From the NCBI RefSeq assembly GCF_009914755.1, contig NC_060938.1: 64,000 nucleotides of DNA; one strand, given 5' to 3'. The notes under the pieces were generated by a model. It saw only the letters and a list, made by a program, of their open reading frames with translations, did not search any database and was not told the DNA's origin. The DNA comes from the human T2T-CHM13v2.0 reference genome, Homo sapiens. Below are positions 1-14,753 of this stretch, piece by piece (positions within the stretch are counted from its first letter, which is position 1; each line of letters begins with the position of its first letter). A program made the position numbers and the translations under genes.

Positions 1-769
1 TCTCTGGGCCTCCATGCCCATCTCTGTAGCATGAGGGATTCTGATGAAATAATTTCCAAGAGCCCTTCCCACACTAATACTCCAGGATTCTGTAAGGTTA
101 ATTTGGCAAGAATTCCAACGGCGGAAGAAAGATGGAGGGAGGAATATGTCCAGTCTAATAACCCTATGCTCAAGTCAGAAAGCCCCTCGGGCAGTGTCCG
201 AGAGGGCTACAGCCCTGGCCCCAGAACCTGAGTCCCTCTAACCTGGGTCAAACCCCTAAAAGCCACTCCAGCAAGAGACAGGCAAAGCCCGGGCTCTTGC
301 TCCAGGCTGGCATTGCCTTGCCGTGTGGCTGTAGACATCGTTTCACCTCTCGAGGCCTCAGTTTTCCCTTCTGCAAAAGACAGGCTGGGGGAGGTTGGGC
401 ATTTTCTTCTTAACTACCAGGAGTCTTTCCTCCAATAAAATTGTGATGGAAACCGGATGTCACACAAAGGGAAAGGAAACACTGGCATTTCTGGAGTGTT
501 TGAAGCATGTGAAGTATTGTTTAAGGGCTTTGCAATCATTAATGTACTTTGTGCTCACATTAACCCCACAAAGTAGGTGCTATTATTATCCCCATTTGAC
601 ACATGAAGAAACTGAGGCCCTGAGGAGTTAAGCCACTTGTCCAAGGTAAAGAGTGGGAGCTGGGCTTCTGATAGGGAGTGGGCCTCAGTCATGAAACCAC
701 AAGACTTGTGTAGTTCCAACCCCCTGGGGACATCTCCAGGCACTTGACCCATGCTCTTCCAACATTCAT

Positions 770-980
770 GTATGCACGCACACGTGTACACACACGTGCA
801 CACACAAACACACACATGTGTGCACAAACACATGCATGCACACACAAACACATGCATGCACACACAAACACACACACATATATACACACACCAACACAAA
901 CACACATGTGCACAAACACACGTGTGCACACAAACACACACATGCACACACACACACAAATGCACACACATGCGTGCACA
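770..980. repeat. Degenerate (CA)n / CACATG low-complexity tract
   Basis: About 210 bp of alternating purine-pyrimidine sequence. It explains the HT/CV-rich ORFs on both strands. Confidence 0.95.
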
Positions 981-1320
981 CTGTGGCTACTCCTCTGTAG
1001 CCTGCTGGCCACACTCGGCTCAAGCCCCAAATCAAAGGTGACTAGCAAGATTGCGAGACAGATTTCTGGAGATGGGAAACTGCGTCATCAAATTGTCTCA
1101 GGGACGGAACACCCATCAGAGCCCTGGGGGAGAGAAGAGACACGGGGTGGCTGCCAATTTTGCTGACCTATGCTGCTGACTTTCCAGCAGCCCCCGACTC
1201 CTGTGGCCAGCTGAGCCCAGGTCCAAGCTGCCCCCTGCACAGGGCTTGTTCCCTGGAGGGCTATAAGCCACAGCATCCCCTCCAAGACAGCCAGTCCTGT
1301 GAACCTGCTCAATCCCTCAC

Positions 1321-2049
1321 TATTCCTTGGGGCCTGCCCTGGGAGAAGGGAGAGTTCCCTGGACCCCTTCTTGGGACTTGCGGTGACAGGGGTGTGGCTC
1401 ACTTGCTCAAATCCCTTGTGTGAGGGGAAGCATGCAAGCAAGTGGGTGCTGGGGCCGGGGCAAGCGCTTTTGGGCTCTGGCCCTACAGTACCGTCTAGGG
1501 TTGTGTTACAATTAATGCTCTTTTAGAAGTTGCCATTCACTGATGGCTAAGTGTTAACCAACTCAGTGGAGAGTGAGGGTGACAGCCTTTTACACCCTGC
1601 CCTCTTGGTACCTGGGTCCTTGTCTGGCATCCAGGAAGAATCAGGTCACACGGACTTGAAGGATGGTGAATGCAGAGGTTTTATTGAGTGATGGAGGTGG
1701 CTCTTAGTCGGGTGGGGAGCTGGAAAGGGGATGGAGTGGGAAGGTACTCTTCCAGATGGCTGAACTCTTCTCCAACTGTCCAGCTGCCTCTTCCACATTC
1801 AGACACTTCTTCTCTTCTCTCCTTCTCTGCCATGCTGCTCTGCTCCTCTGCCAGTGGAGTTTGGGGTTTTTATGGGTATAGGATGGGGGGCATGGTGGGC
1901 CAGGGTGGTTTTGGCAAAAGCAACACTCAGGTGGGAAAACAGGAATGTGAAGTTCTCATTTAGGGCCGTGGGCCCAGGCTTGTGGGTGGGGCTTTTGCCA
2001 GAGAGCTGTCCTCCTCTACCCAGTATTTCCCTGCCTCCTGTCCATATCA
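1321..2049 (-). mobile_element. ERV1-class solo LTR (MER50-like)
   Basis: Minus strand begins TGATATGGACAGGAGGCAGGGAAATACTGGGTAGA, resembling the MER50-group LTR start. Internal AATAAA on the minus strand near 1680. Left boundary approximate. Confidence 0.6.
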
Positions 2050-2524
2050 CCTGCACCAAGAACCTCACTGGGTGGGAGCCAATCCAGAGCCAGAGAAAGG
2101 ACTTGACACTTGGCCTCAGGCAGACCCAGGCTTGAATCCTGGCCCTGCCTCTGATGAGCAGGGTGACCTGAACTGTCTCAGGTTGCCTCGCTGACTCTGC
2201 TTTCCCATCTGGAACATGGGAATAGCAATGCATCAGCCACTCAGTGCAGTGTTGAGGCTGGAACAGGTGGGGCACACTGTGAGCTCCATTTCCTTTTGCC
2301 TCCACCCAGCAATTATGTCTGCTGGGGAGAAGAGGAGAAATAAGGATCACACCCTGCCCTCTATCAGTCAGTCAACGACCATTTATTAAACACCTACTAG
2401 GTGTCAGGCACTTGACAGAGAAATGAAATAACAACACAAGCAACTCTTATAGCTATACCCTATAATAAATGTTATAGAAGCAGGAGGCAGGTAGAGGTGG
2501 AAGAGAACCTTCTGCTTGCAGGGG

Positions 2525-2903
2525 GATATCAGTCAGAGAAACAGAACCAATAGGAGACACAGATTAAGAGATGTATTGCAAGGAACTGGCTTATGTGATT
2601 GTAGGGATGACTAGGCAAGTCAGAAGTCGCTTGGGAATGCCAGAACACTCAGCCTTGGACCGAAGCTCCTGCCCGCAAGCTGAATTTCTTCTTCTTCCAG
2701 GAAACCTCAGATCTGCTCTAAGTCCTTTCAACTGATTGACTCAGGCCCATGCAGGGAGTTGAGGACAAGCTTCCTTAGTGAAAGCCAGCTGGCTGTGGGC
2801 TGTCACCACACAGACAAACTGCTTCACCCCAACACCAAGATTAGCTTGAAATGGAATAACTGGGGCCTGTCATCCAGCCAGGTGGACCCACAGACTCACC
2901 GCA
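2525..2903 (-). mobile_element. MLT2 (ERVL) LTR fragment
   Basis: AGAGAAACAGAACCAATAGGA ... AAGGAACTGGCTTATGTGATTGT ... CCTTTCAACTGATTG motifs typical of MLT2. Confidence 0.65.
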
Positions 2904-3105
2904 GCAGAGCACCTAGAGGCGGCCACGGAGGGTTAGTGACAGAGCAGAATCAGGCAGGGCACCCGGGCAGGGGGCAGACCCAGCAAAGGCTCCTAGGGCA
3001 GATTGTAGAAGAGGTCCTTGGAGATCAGGGAGTACAGCAACGTGGCTGTGGCACTATTAAATTAAATTAAATTAAATTGAAAATAAAATTAAATTAAAAA
3101 GGATT

Positions 3106-3397
<292 letters not shown>

Positions 3398-3542
3398 TTA
3401 AAAAGGATTGGAATAAAGGAATGGTTTAGTAAACAAAAATAAACAAATGCAATGCCTTTTTTGAAGGCGTCATTACTACAGCCATGATGGAGCAACACGG
3501 ATAAATTCCCATGACAGGAGGTTTCATGTAAAACCACGGTGA

Positions 3543-3866
<324 letters not shown>

Positions 3867-3868
3867 TA

Positions 3869-4164
3869 GTTTTTTTTTTTTTTTGAGATGGAGTCTCGCT
3901 CCGTCACCTAGGTTGGAGTGCAACGGTGGGATCTCAGCTCACTGCAACCTCTGCCTCCCGGTTCAAGCGATTCTCCTGCCTCAGCCCCCCAAGTAGCTGG
4001 GATTATAGGCACCCACCATCATGCCCAGCTAATTTTTGTATTTTTGTAGAAGTGAGGTTTCACCATGTTGGCCAGGCTTGTCTTGAACTTCTGACCTCAG
4101 GTGATCCACCTGCCTTGGCCTCCCAAAGTGCTGGGATTACAGGCGTGAGCCACAGCACCCAGCC
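3869..4164 (-). mobile_element. Full-length AluS
   Basis: polyT followed by both Alu arms in antisense orientation. Confidence 0.92.
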
Positions 4165-6111
4165 TAGTTATTTATTTATTTATTTTTTTTTTAAAGAGAG
4201 AGATGTTATTTTTTTTAAGGGGAATGAGTGGTATTAGGATGTCAAATGAAATTGCTTATTTAATAAAACTGAAAAGCCCAGTTTGGGGAAAGAAACAAAA
4301 CACACTGAGCAGAATAATCTAACCACAGTGAACAGGAAAAAAAGCCAAGAATAAAATAAGTTCCGGGGTATCCAAGGGTGAGCAAAGCCAGGCCGGCAGG
4401 CCTCCTCCTCCCTTGCAGAAAGCAGGATGGATGAGGGGCTCTGCTTCTCCAGGCTCCCTCATGTCCCCACTGAAAGTGTTTCCAGAACATTCCAGGCCCA
4501 TAAAGTGTCCAAATGCTGGAAGGACTTACATGTATATGTCTGGGATTGAATCAAATCTTCTGACTCAATTCTCTTTGGGAGTTCTGAGAATGGAGGTCAC
4601 TTCCCAGAACCCCGTCTTCCCCCTACAGACAGCTTTGGCCTTCTTTTCAGGGAAGAAAAGAAAAGGGACTCTTGGAAACCCTGCTGAGGGCCACGCAGCT
4701 CTGGTTGTTGAGGCTCATATGGTTTATGAGGCGCCATCACCCCCTTCCGCCACCCCCTGCCTGCTGTGGCCTGAGGCTTACCTTCGTGACTGCCCTAAAA
4801 ACAGCATCCAGACTCAGTAACCACGTCAATCAGCTTTTAGAGGAAAACATTTATTCTGGGGAGGTGTCAGGGAAAGGATTCAGGAGATCTTGGTTCTTTC
4901 TAGCTCTGGCCTTGACATCGACTTGCTGGGTGGTCTGAAGGATTTCACTTATTTACAGAGCGAATATTGTTCAAGAGTTTGGGATGTGCAAAACTCAGCT
5001 GCAGGCGTGATGCAGGGTGGGAAGATGAGCAAGGCAGGGTCCTCCTCTCCAAGTACAGCGAATATGGTGGGACAGATGCACATGCACTTTATGCACGCAT
5101 GCACGCACACCATGTGCTCAGCTGCCACTGAGAGGAGATAGGAGATGCAGAGGGAGAGGGAGAACAGCCGCCCTCTGACTAAGGATGGAGCCCAGCTGTC
5201 TCAAGAGCTCTCCTGGATGGACAGACTGGTGGCGTCCCAGCAAAATCCCCCATCTCTCCATCCGGCTGTGTAATGAATGACTGGAAACCTCAGCTGGCCT
5301 GTGAGCAGGAGATCTGGCCAGGTGGAAGGGAATCCCTGACACCCCACAGCCCCTGGTGTAGCTAAAGCAGACGGGCCTCCTGGGCTGGTGCAGGAAGAAC
5401 AGCTTATGTTCTCGAACACATTGACCACGTGCTCCATGCATCTGACACACACGGACTCGTCTACTCCACACAGCACCCTAGGAGATGGGGCTGTTTAAAA
5501 TACCAATCCCCACTGTATAGTTGAAAAAAACGAGGTGCAATGAGGTTAAATAACGAGCTCTAGAGAGGAGGACTCAATTCACAGTCAGCTTCCAGAGCCC
5601 ATCGGCCTAACCGCCAGGCTGGCTTCCCGTCCGTAATGCACGTTTCCAGCTAGAGGCTTTCAGGCTGTGTTTCCCACACTTAGCCATTGACATTCACGTT
5701 CACAGTTTTTGCCACATCCATGTCACCTGTACAACCATTTCTTTAGTAGTGACTTACTTTTGAACTGCAACTTCATGTCACCAATTTAAATGGAAAATGA
5801 GTATCACTTATCATAAAAAAGATGATAACTGTACAAAATAAAAGCAATAGAATGTGAACAATGCTATTAGAGCCTGGGTAGATTCGGGGACCAGCCAAGG
5901 CTCTGAACCTGCTCAGTCTGTTGAAAAAGGAGATTACGCACATAGAAAGGCGTTGAAGTGCACGGACACCACGCTGAGACGTTCTTGTTGGCCTAATCAG
6001 GAGGAACGACTAGATTATTCAATTCAAGGTTGTTTACCAGGCCAAACTACTTCCCTTGCTGGGAAATGCTTCCCAGCTCTAACGTGCAGTCAGAAAATAC
6101 GGGACACAAGT

Positions 6112-6878
<767 letters not shown>

Positions 6879-8314
6879 GCTACAAGGTCGCGGGCCCCAC
6901 ATGAGGCACAGTTGGCCCTTGAGACAGTGACACTATGTATTTCGTGGAGGCCACTGCTTCAAAGGCCCTAAGGTGTGGATTCCTGGGAAACCAAAACAGG
7001 CTGTCTCCAAGGCTCAAGTGGAATTGATTTCTAACAGCCCAGGCCCACGGTGTCTGTGCGAGTAAATGAAGAAAGTGTTTTTACAGTAAGTCTTCTTGGA
7101 TAGAATTCTGAGGGAGAGAGAGAATGAGTGAATCAGAATGTTGGATGTTCCCTCTAAGGCATCTGTTTAAAAAATCAGGGGAAAAACCCAGGAGCAGAGT
7201 CATCACCTGTCCCCAGCTCTGAGGATCTGTGTCTGTGAGGCACATGAGTCCACCCTCCTAGCTCTGTAGACAAGGAAACTGTGGTCCAGAGAGATGGAGA
7301 TCCCACAGACAACGGCCCACCTGGAGCACCCCCTCCCCGCCTGACTTTATATTCCCAGGATGCATTCATCAGGGTCTCAGTAAAAAAAAGAGGGCACATT
7401 CCAATTGGGTAATAGGAAGAGGATGTTAATGAAGCGTTTCTTTACAGTGCTGTAGGCAGCATATTGGGGTTCTGCGAAGAGCAGGCAGCACCCTGGGTGC
7501 CTCAGGGCTGGTACGGCAAAGCCTCAGCACCCTCCCTACCTCCTTCCCCCCTCGCGATCAGGCCCCTGATAAAAGCAGTGAACTCTGCTCCAGGTCTGGC
7601 CAGCATAAAGGCCCCCAAGAGAGGAGCCAACAACACCCCATCCTCCCTCTCACCCTCCCTCAGGCTCCTGCTGGGGCTCCCACTGGCCAAACCCAAAGAG
7701 AAGCCGGAAGGCAAAGAGCTCCGTGGTACCCATCAGGGCTCCCAAGCAGGGGCCACAGAGGAGAAGCCAGGAGGTGACCTGGAGCAGGACACAGCAGCTC
7801 CCTGACAGGGATCCTCACCCAGGGCACGCCTCTAGAGCAGATGGAGAAAACAACTCAGTAGACTTCAGACTCCCAAATTCTCCCAGTTCCTCAACCCGCC
7901 TGCCCTCTGGACTTCGGGAGAAAGTTGAGAGGGAAAGCCCTCAACTTTGTTTTGAAAATGAGAGCAATGTTTACAGCCACTAGCAAGCAATTAGGATCCA
8001 GCTGGGCTGATGTGGCCAGATCTGGGGACACCCAGCCAGGTAGATGCACAACAGACCCATAATGGAGGCCAGCGAGGAAACGCTGGACACGTCCCCCATG
8101 ACTGAGCTGTGAGGACCTGACTTATCTGTGCGGCGGTCACTGTCGTGTAGAAATGGAAGCTGTACATGCAGGCTGAGGCTTCTCAGCTGGACAGTTCAGC
8201 CCGAGTGAGCCCCAAGAGGACAGGGGAGGCTGGTCTTCATTCTTCCCCTCTGAATCACCAGCAAATGATAGACCGTCAATAATTTGTTAAATGCTTTTTA
8301 AAATGAATGCTTTA

Positions 8315-8646
<332 letters not shown>

Positions 8647-9030
8647 TCACCACTGTTGAATTTTCTTTCTATGAGCCCAGGAGGGCCTCTCAGAGAGGAA
8701 AGCTCCTAGGTCTTCCTTTCCCTCTGCAAACTCCCTGCCTTGAAGGATCAGAAGGACTGTGCTGCTCGTTGCATCCTTTGCAAGTTCCAAACCCTGATCC
8801 CAGCTGTGCTTAGGGGTTCCTGCAAACCTTTTCCAGGTGTTAATTACCTCCCACTTCATTTCCTGTTTACCAACTCAGCTTTTTGTTTTAGTGTGTTTGA
8901 ATTCCCTGAACTGACCGTTGTCTGATCTCCACCTCCCAACTGAATTAGGGGAGCTGGGCTTCTGGAAACCCAGGTGCCGGGTGTTGCAGAGTGGCTGAAA
9001 GCTGGGATGTGGCAGATCCGTGGCTACATT

Positions 9031-9107
9031 CATGCACACACACACACCCACATACCCACACATGCACACACACACACACACCTGCACTCACACACTTGCA
9101 CATGCAT
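9031..9107. repeat. Imperfect (CA)n microsatellite
   Basis: CACACACA runs. Confidence 0.85.
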
Positions 9108-10317
9108 AGACCACAGCTTTCCACACCCTTCCTAGACAGGGGTCACTTGGTGTCCTGGAGAGAGTGTGAAGTCTGGAAGGGAAAGAGGGGGGATTAAGCC
9201 CCACCTCTAGCCATGGGACTGAGACAAGTCACCCCCACCCATCTGCGCCTTGTTTCCTCCTCTGTGAGGCAAGCACAGAGCCCATGCCTCCCTCCCTGGA
9301 TGGGAGTGATGTGAAACTTGAAGAGGGGTAGAGACAAGGGTCGTCAATGGAAGCCCCTTGGGCAAAAAGGCCCTTTCAACTAGGGGCACAGAGGAGGCCC
9401 TGGGCTGAGAACTTGACAGCACCTTGTATTGGTAACCAGCCGGAGGGACTGGAAATACTCAGATGTGTCTGTCTCCCTTATTAGGTTCAAAGTCCCTCGA
9501 GACCCTGTCTCCATCACAGTGCTCCAGTCCAGACCCCTCCTCTGAGCTCCAGACCCTGCTGGACCCAACAGCCATCCCCATCCCCACCTGCCTGGAATTC
9601 TCCAAAGAACCTCCCCTTTAACAGTTCCAGCCTTTAACAGTTCCAGTCTAAACACATGACCTTTCTCCTCTAAATCAGCCCCCCATCTCTGCCTTTGCAG
9701 GAGATGGAAGCCATGACACCTGCCTCGCCCCTGTCCTCACCCCATCCATGTCCAATCAAGCACTAGGCATGTCAGGTTTACCCTCTAAACTCCTCTGGAA
9801 TCCAGTCTCTCAGTCTCCATCATCCCAGGTCGAAGCTAATGGGCTAACTGGTCCTTGCTTCCACTCTACCCCCACTGCAGTCCTGACTTCCTGAGCAGCA
9901 GCCAGGGCCTAATCCATATTCACACCAAGCGCCTTCCTGACTGAGATATCCTCCTGCACCATCATCCCTCCACCCTGTTTAGTTCTGCTCACCCTCAGTG
10001 TTCTCATCAATAATCCACTCGCCCTCACAGGCGCGTTTGGGACCCCATGTTCTATGCTCTCACAGGACCTTTTGCTTGATTTTTCACTGTACTCAGGTCA
10101 GTTTGCAGTTATTAAGTGACTGAGCAATGTCTGGCTTCTCCAGTAGACTGTCAGCTCCTAGCCATTGTATCCCTAGCACCGCTGTGTGGGAGCACTTCAC
10201 AAACGTCCATTGAGTCAGGGACTCAGCAGTCTCCATTTCTCCTCCCTGCTGGAGAATGCGTGTATTTTGCAATCCCCAGCCCCTGTGCCATCTAACCATC
10301 TTTTCTTCTCTGTTCAG

Positions 10318-10356
10318 CCCAGGTGTGGCCTCACTCACATCCCACTCTGAGTCCAA
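10318..10356 (+). other. BDKRB2: BDKRB2 exon 2, 5'UTR part
   Basis: Branch-like CTAAC (10292-10296), pyrimidine tract and acceptor TTCAG ending at 10317. A second CAG ends at 10322. Confidence 0.8.
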
Positions 10357-10430
10357 ATGTTCTCTCCCTGGAAGATATCAATGTTTCTGTCTGTTCGTGA
10401 GGACTCCGTGCCCACCACGGCCTCTTTCAG
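10357..10430 (+). CDS. BDKRB2: Bradykinin B2 receptor, coding exon 2 (MFSPWKISMFLSVREDSVPTTASF + 2 nt)
   Basis: Matches the known B2R N-terminus. Donor AG|GTGAGT at 10430/10431. Phase 2 joins exon 3 to give S-A-D-M and a 391-aa protein. Codon 14 is CGT (Arg) at 10396-10398. Confidence 0.97.
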
Positions 10431-13400
10431 GTGAGTCAAAGGGATTCCTCAGTTCACTAGTTAGGGGAGGTGGGCAGACACCCTGGAGAACTCCCTGGAA
10501 AGCTCAACTCTCATGCCCCGGACAACAGTTGAAGGAACCAGTGATGTTAAGCCCAAAGACAAAACCTCTCAGGTGTCCAAGTCCCTGTAGGCCTGTTGGG
10601 AGCAGAGGGAATGTTCTGCGGAACTAGAGGAAGAGGGGCTCAGGGAGAAGAAGGGCACATTCCTGGTTGTCATATGTGATCTATCCCAGATGAACTTGGA
10701 AGTGAAGGGAAGAGAGTTAAACATTAAAGTAAATACCCAGTGGATCAGACAGCAATGTGCCAGATTGCCTTGGAGACAAAATATCTCCAACACATGGCTG
10801 ACATTTGGTGGGAGATCAGAACACCCTAAAGAGAGAATTTAAGGGGAGGGGGAGGAGGACCTGAGCCAGAGTAGAAGCAGAGGATAGGGAGATCTGTTCT
10901 TGGGGACAGCATTTGCAAGAAACAAGGCTGAGGGGTCCACTCCAACCTCTCCACCCTGCTGCAGGTGCTGCCTATGATGAAGATGAGCAGATGGCCATCT
11001 CAGCTGGGGCCACAGTGCACTGGACCTATAGTTTCCAATTCCGCACTCAGCAGGCATCTTTCTGATGATCCGATGGCTTCTCAGAGCCAGGGATGGGCCA
11101 GGATCCATCCCCTTGGCTACTGTCTTGCTGAGAAATTAATAAGCAGCATCTGGTGCTATACTTTGGTCTCTAGTGAGTTAGCTCATGAAAGATGACAGAC
11201 TCTCCAAGCCAGGGGTATGCAGGAAATGGGTTTTCTGTAGCTACAGAAATGGGGTTGAGGGTTGGACCAAGGGGACTACCCAGGGGAAGTCTTACCTTCA
11301 GAGGACTCTGGAAAGGAGGCTGCAAGTTTTCATGGGTCAAGAATTCAGAGCCCAGTAGAGACAGCTTATCTCTGTTCCAAGATGTCTGGGGCCTTGGTTG
11401 GAAGATTCAAAGGCTAGGAAACCAGGAGCCACCAAAAGCGTAACTGGGGCCAGAGGATCCACTTTCAAGGTGGCAAGTTGGTTCCCCCCATGTGGCTGCT
11501 TGAGTATCCTCACATGGCGGCTCACATCCTTCCAAGTAAGCAATGCAAAAGGCCAAGAAAGATGCTGCAAAGCATGTTATGACCTAGCCTCAGAAATCAC
11601 ACACCATCCCTGCCACCATTAGTAAGAAGTCCAGCCCACGTCCAGGAGAAGAGGAAGCAGATTCCTCCTTTTGAAATGAAGAATATCAAGTAATTCGGGG
11701 GGCATATGAAAGCCACCACACACCACAGGGATCTTTTTAGAGCATACTTCTTATACCATCACTGTAGTTCCTTAAGACTCAGGGGCAAAGCCTCACTTCC
11801 TTAGCACCCAGTGAAGACCACGCTTACTCCCTCACTCAACCTCTTGCTACTTCCCACCTCTCCTGTCCAACATCTAGTGTCACTTTCCAGAACATACCAA
11901 CAGCTTCCCCAGTTCTGTGCCTCTGCTCAGGCTGTTCCCCCTGCCTGGTCCACTTGTCCTCCTTCTTGTCCCGTCAAAATGCTTCTTATCCTTCAAGACC
12001 CAGCTCTAGAGTCACCTCCAACCCCTTACCCACCAGCCCCCTCTCCAAGTCTGTGTCCCACAACCCCCCTGCTCCCTCCAGGGCACCCTCCACCCTCTGG
12101 GCCACAGTTGTCAGGAGTCAGGCAGGGCAGGGGCCGGGTGGTGTCTTCTTTGTGTTCTTGCACTCAGGGCAGAGCTCAGCACAGAGCAGACGCTCAAAAA
12201 ACATTTAAAGGATAGAAGCATTGATTTGTGGGTCCCCCAGTCTGGCTCCAGGATGCCAGCCAGCTGCTCCTAGAAGCAAACGGACTTTTCCTGGGAAATC
12301 CCAGAGGTGATGATCAGTATCTCTCCCGTGACTCGTAGTTCAGCTCTTCCTCCATGAGCCTGACTATCAGTGGACCTTCCAGAAAGAGCCCCTTTTCCTT
12401 CTCTCACCCACAGCACAGGGCACTGGGAAAATGCCCAATGAGTCCTGCCCTCTGGGTTGTGCTTTGGACTTTTCAGTGTGTCTTCGCATCCACTCTTCAG
12501 CTTGAATGTTGCAACAGCCATGAAAAAAGAAATGCAAAGCGATTCAGGATGAGAGCAATACCCTACTCCAAAGAAGGCAAAATAGAAGCTCAGAGAGGTC
12601 AAGCATTTTGCCCAAGACCACACAGCTAGGAGTGGAACTCATGGCTGTCCAAGCCCCACGCCTCTGCTGAAGGTAGAGATGAATTACAGCAACAAGTCTA
12701 GAAAGGTGCCTGCCCTATGGTCTGTGAGTCTTGCCTAAGAATGAAAGAGGAGCCAGTGGGTTAAAGATGAGGTCACCAACAAACGGTGGTGTTGGAGTTT
12801 ACCACTGGTTATTTTAATGGGTTTGCAAGAATTGTTAATTACTAATGTTTATTGAGCCTAGTGCAGTGCTTGGGGCATTTTGCACATTGTCTCTGATCCC
12901 TATCACAACCCTGAGAGGTAGTTTTTTTAACTCCCATTTTACAGGTGAGGTCATTGTGGTTCAAGGACGTTAAGTAACTTCCCCAGCGTCACACGGCTTA
13001 TAAGTAAGGCAGCCAGGATGTGAACCCAGTAGGACTATCTGGCTGCAAAGTCCCCACCCTCCCTCGCCATCTGTATCCTCCAATCATCTTCAGTGCTTTG
13101 CTGATAGAAGGTACGGAAATACGATGCCACAGACTGTCCAGGAAGACAGAAACTAGGCAGATGGGCTGGCCATGGTCTCCAAGCCAGACTGGAATCTCCA
13201 GGTCTGGAATGATATCATTTTTCTCTTTTAATAAATTAACTCACCCACCACACGGCTTTGAGAGGCTCAAAGGTGACCAACTCCCTTGGGAGGGCCCCGG
13301 TTGATAAGGAAGGAATGTGAATCCTCCCATCACGGAAGCTTCAAGGAGGTCAAGGGTCCAACACTTGAGATTGTTAGTGCTGTTGGTGGATACTGGCCAA

Positions 13401-13651
13401 GGAAATATCCCAGTGGAGCCTCGAGATGAAGAACATGAGGCCCCCGTTTAGATCCAAGGATCAGAGGGGGCTCTGTAAGACCCAGGGGAGTCAGGTGCAC
13501 TGGAGCGCGGGCTGCAGAAAACAGCCTGAGCTCCACCTCGGCTTCTCCTTGCCCTGGCTGGTTGTCCTTAACCCCTGTCTCCTTCTGGACCAGTTTTTGT
13601 CCTTCCCTTGTGACCCTGAGGGGTAACAGCCTCTTTTCCACTTTCTTTCAG

Positions 13652-14753
13652 CGCCGACATGCTCAATGTCACCTTGCAAGGGCCCACTCTTAACGGGACC
13701 TTTGCCCAGAGCAAATGCCCCCAAGTGGAGTGGCTGGGCTGGCTCAACACCATCCAGCCCCCCTTCCTCTGGGTGCTGTTCGTGCTGGCCACCCTAGAGA
13801 ACATCTTTGTCCTCAGCGTCTTCTGCCTGCACAAGAGCAGCTGCACGGTGGCAGAGATCTACCTGGGGAACCTGGCCGCAGCAGACCTGATCCTGGCCTG
13901 CGGGCTGCCCTTCTGGGCCATCACCATCTCCAACAACTTCGACTGGCTCTTTGGGGAGACGCTCTGCCGCGTGGTGAATGCCATTATCTCCATGAACCTG
14001 TACAGCAGCATCTGTTTCCTGATGCTGGTGAGCATCGACCGCTACCTGGCCCTGGTGAAAACCATGTCCATGGGCCGGATGCGCGGCGTGCGCTGGGCCA
14101 AGCTCTACAGCTTGGTGATCTGGGGGTGTACGCTGCTCCTGAGCTCACCCATGCTGGTGTTCCGGACCATGAAGGAGTACAGCGATGAGGGCCACAACGT
14201 CACCGCTTGTGTCATCAGCTACCCATCCCTCATCTGGGAAGTGTTCACCAACATGCTCCTGAATGTCGTGGGCTTCCTGCTGCCCCTGAGTGTCATCACC
14301 TTCTGCACGATGCAGATCATGCAGGTGCTGCGGAACAACGAGATGCAGAAGTTCAAGGAGATCCAGACAGAGAGGAGGGCCACGGTGCTAGTCCTGGTTG
14401 TGCTGCTGCTATTCATCATCTGCTGGCTGCCCTTCCAGATCAGCACCTTCCTGGATACGCTGCATCGCCTCGGCATCCTCTCCAGCTGCCAGGACGAGCG
14501 CATCATCGATGTAATCACACAGATCGCCTCCTTCATGGCCTACAGCAACAGCTGCCTCAACCCACTGGTGTACGTGATCGTGGGCAAGCGCTTCCGAAAG
14601 AAGTCTTGGGAGGTGTACCAGGGAGTGTGCCAGAAAGGGGGCTGCAGGTCAGAACCCATTCAGATGGAGAACTCCATGGGCACACTGCGGACCTCCATCT
14701 CCGTGGAACGCCAGATTCACAAACTGCAGGACTGGGCAGGGAGCAGACAGTGA
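13652..14753 (+). CDS. BDKRB2: Bradykinin B2 receptor, coding exon 3 (class A 7TM GPCR; 364 aa from internal Met28 at 13659)
   Basis: Acceptor TTTCTTTCAG ending at 13651. ORF MLNVTLQGPTLNG...DRY...CWLP...NPLVY...WAGSRQ* matches human B2R. Confidence 0.99.
13715..14188 (+). CDS. Overlapping out-of-frame 157-aa ORF (alternative protein AltB2R)
   Basis: ATG-initiated ORF nested in the B2R CDS in a shifted frame. Length and location agree with my recollection of the reported 157-aa AltB2R protein (not verified here). Confidence 0.7.
   Translation: MPPSGVAGLAQHHPAPLPLGAVRAGHPREHLCPQRLLPAQEQLHGGRDLPGEPGRSRPDPGLRAALLGHHHLQQLRLALWGDALPRGECHYLHEPVQQHLFPDAGEHRPLPGPGENHVHGPDARRALGQALQLGDLGVYAAPELTHAGVPDHEGVQR

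Noticed and set aside
555-1166. Overlapping His/Thr- and Cys/Val-rich ORFs
   Set aside because: Translations of the (CA)n tract; no coding or splice evidence.
9615-9646. 16-bp tandem duplication CCTTTAACAGTTCCAG
   Set aside because: Ordinary slippage event with no evident function.
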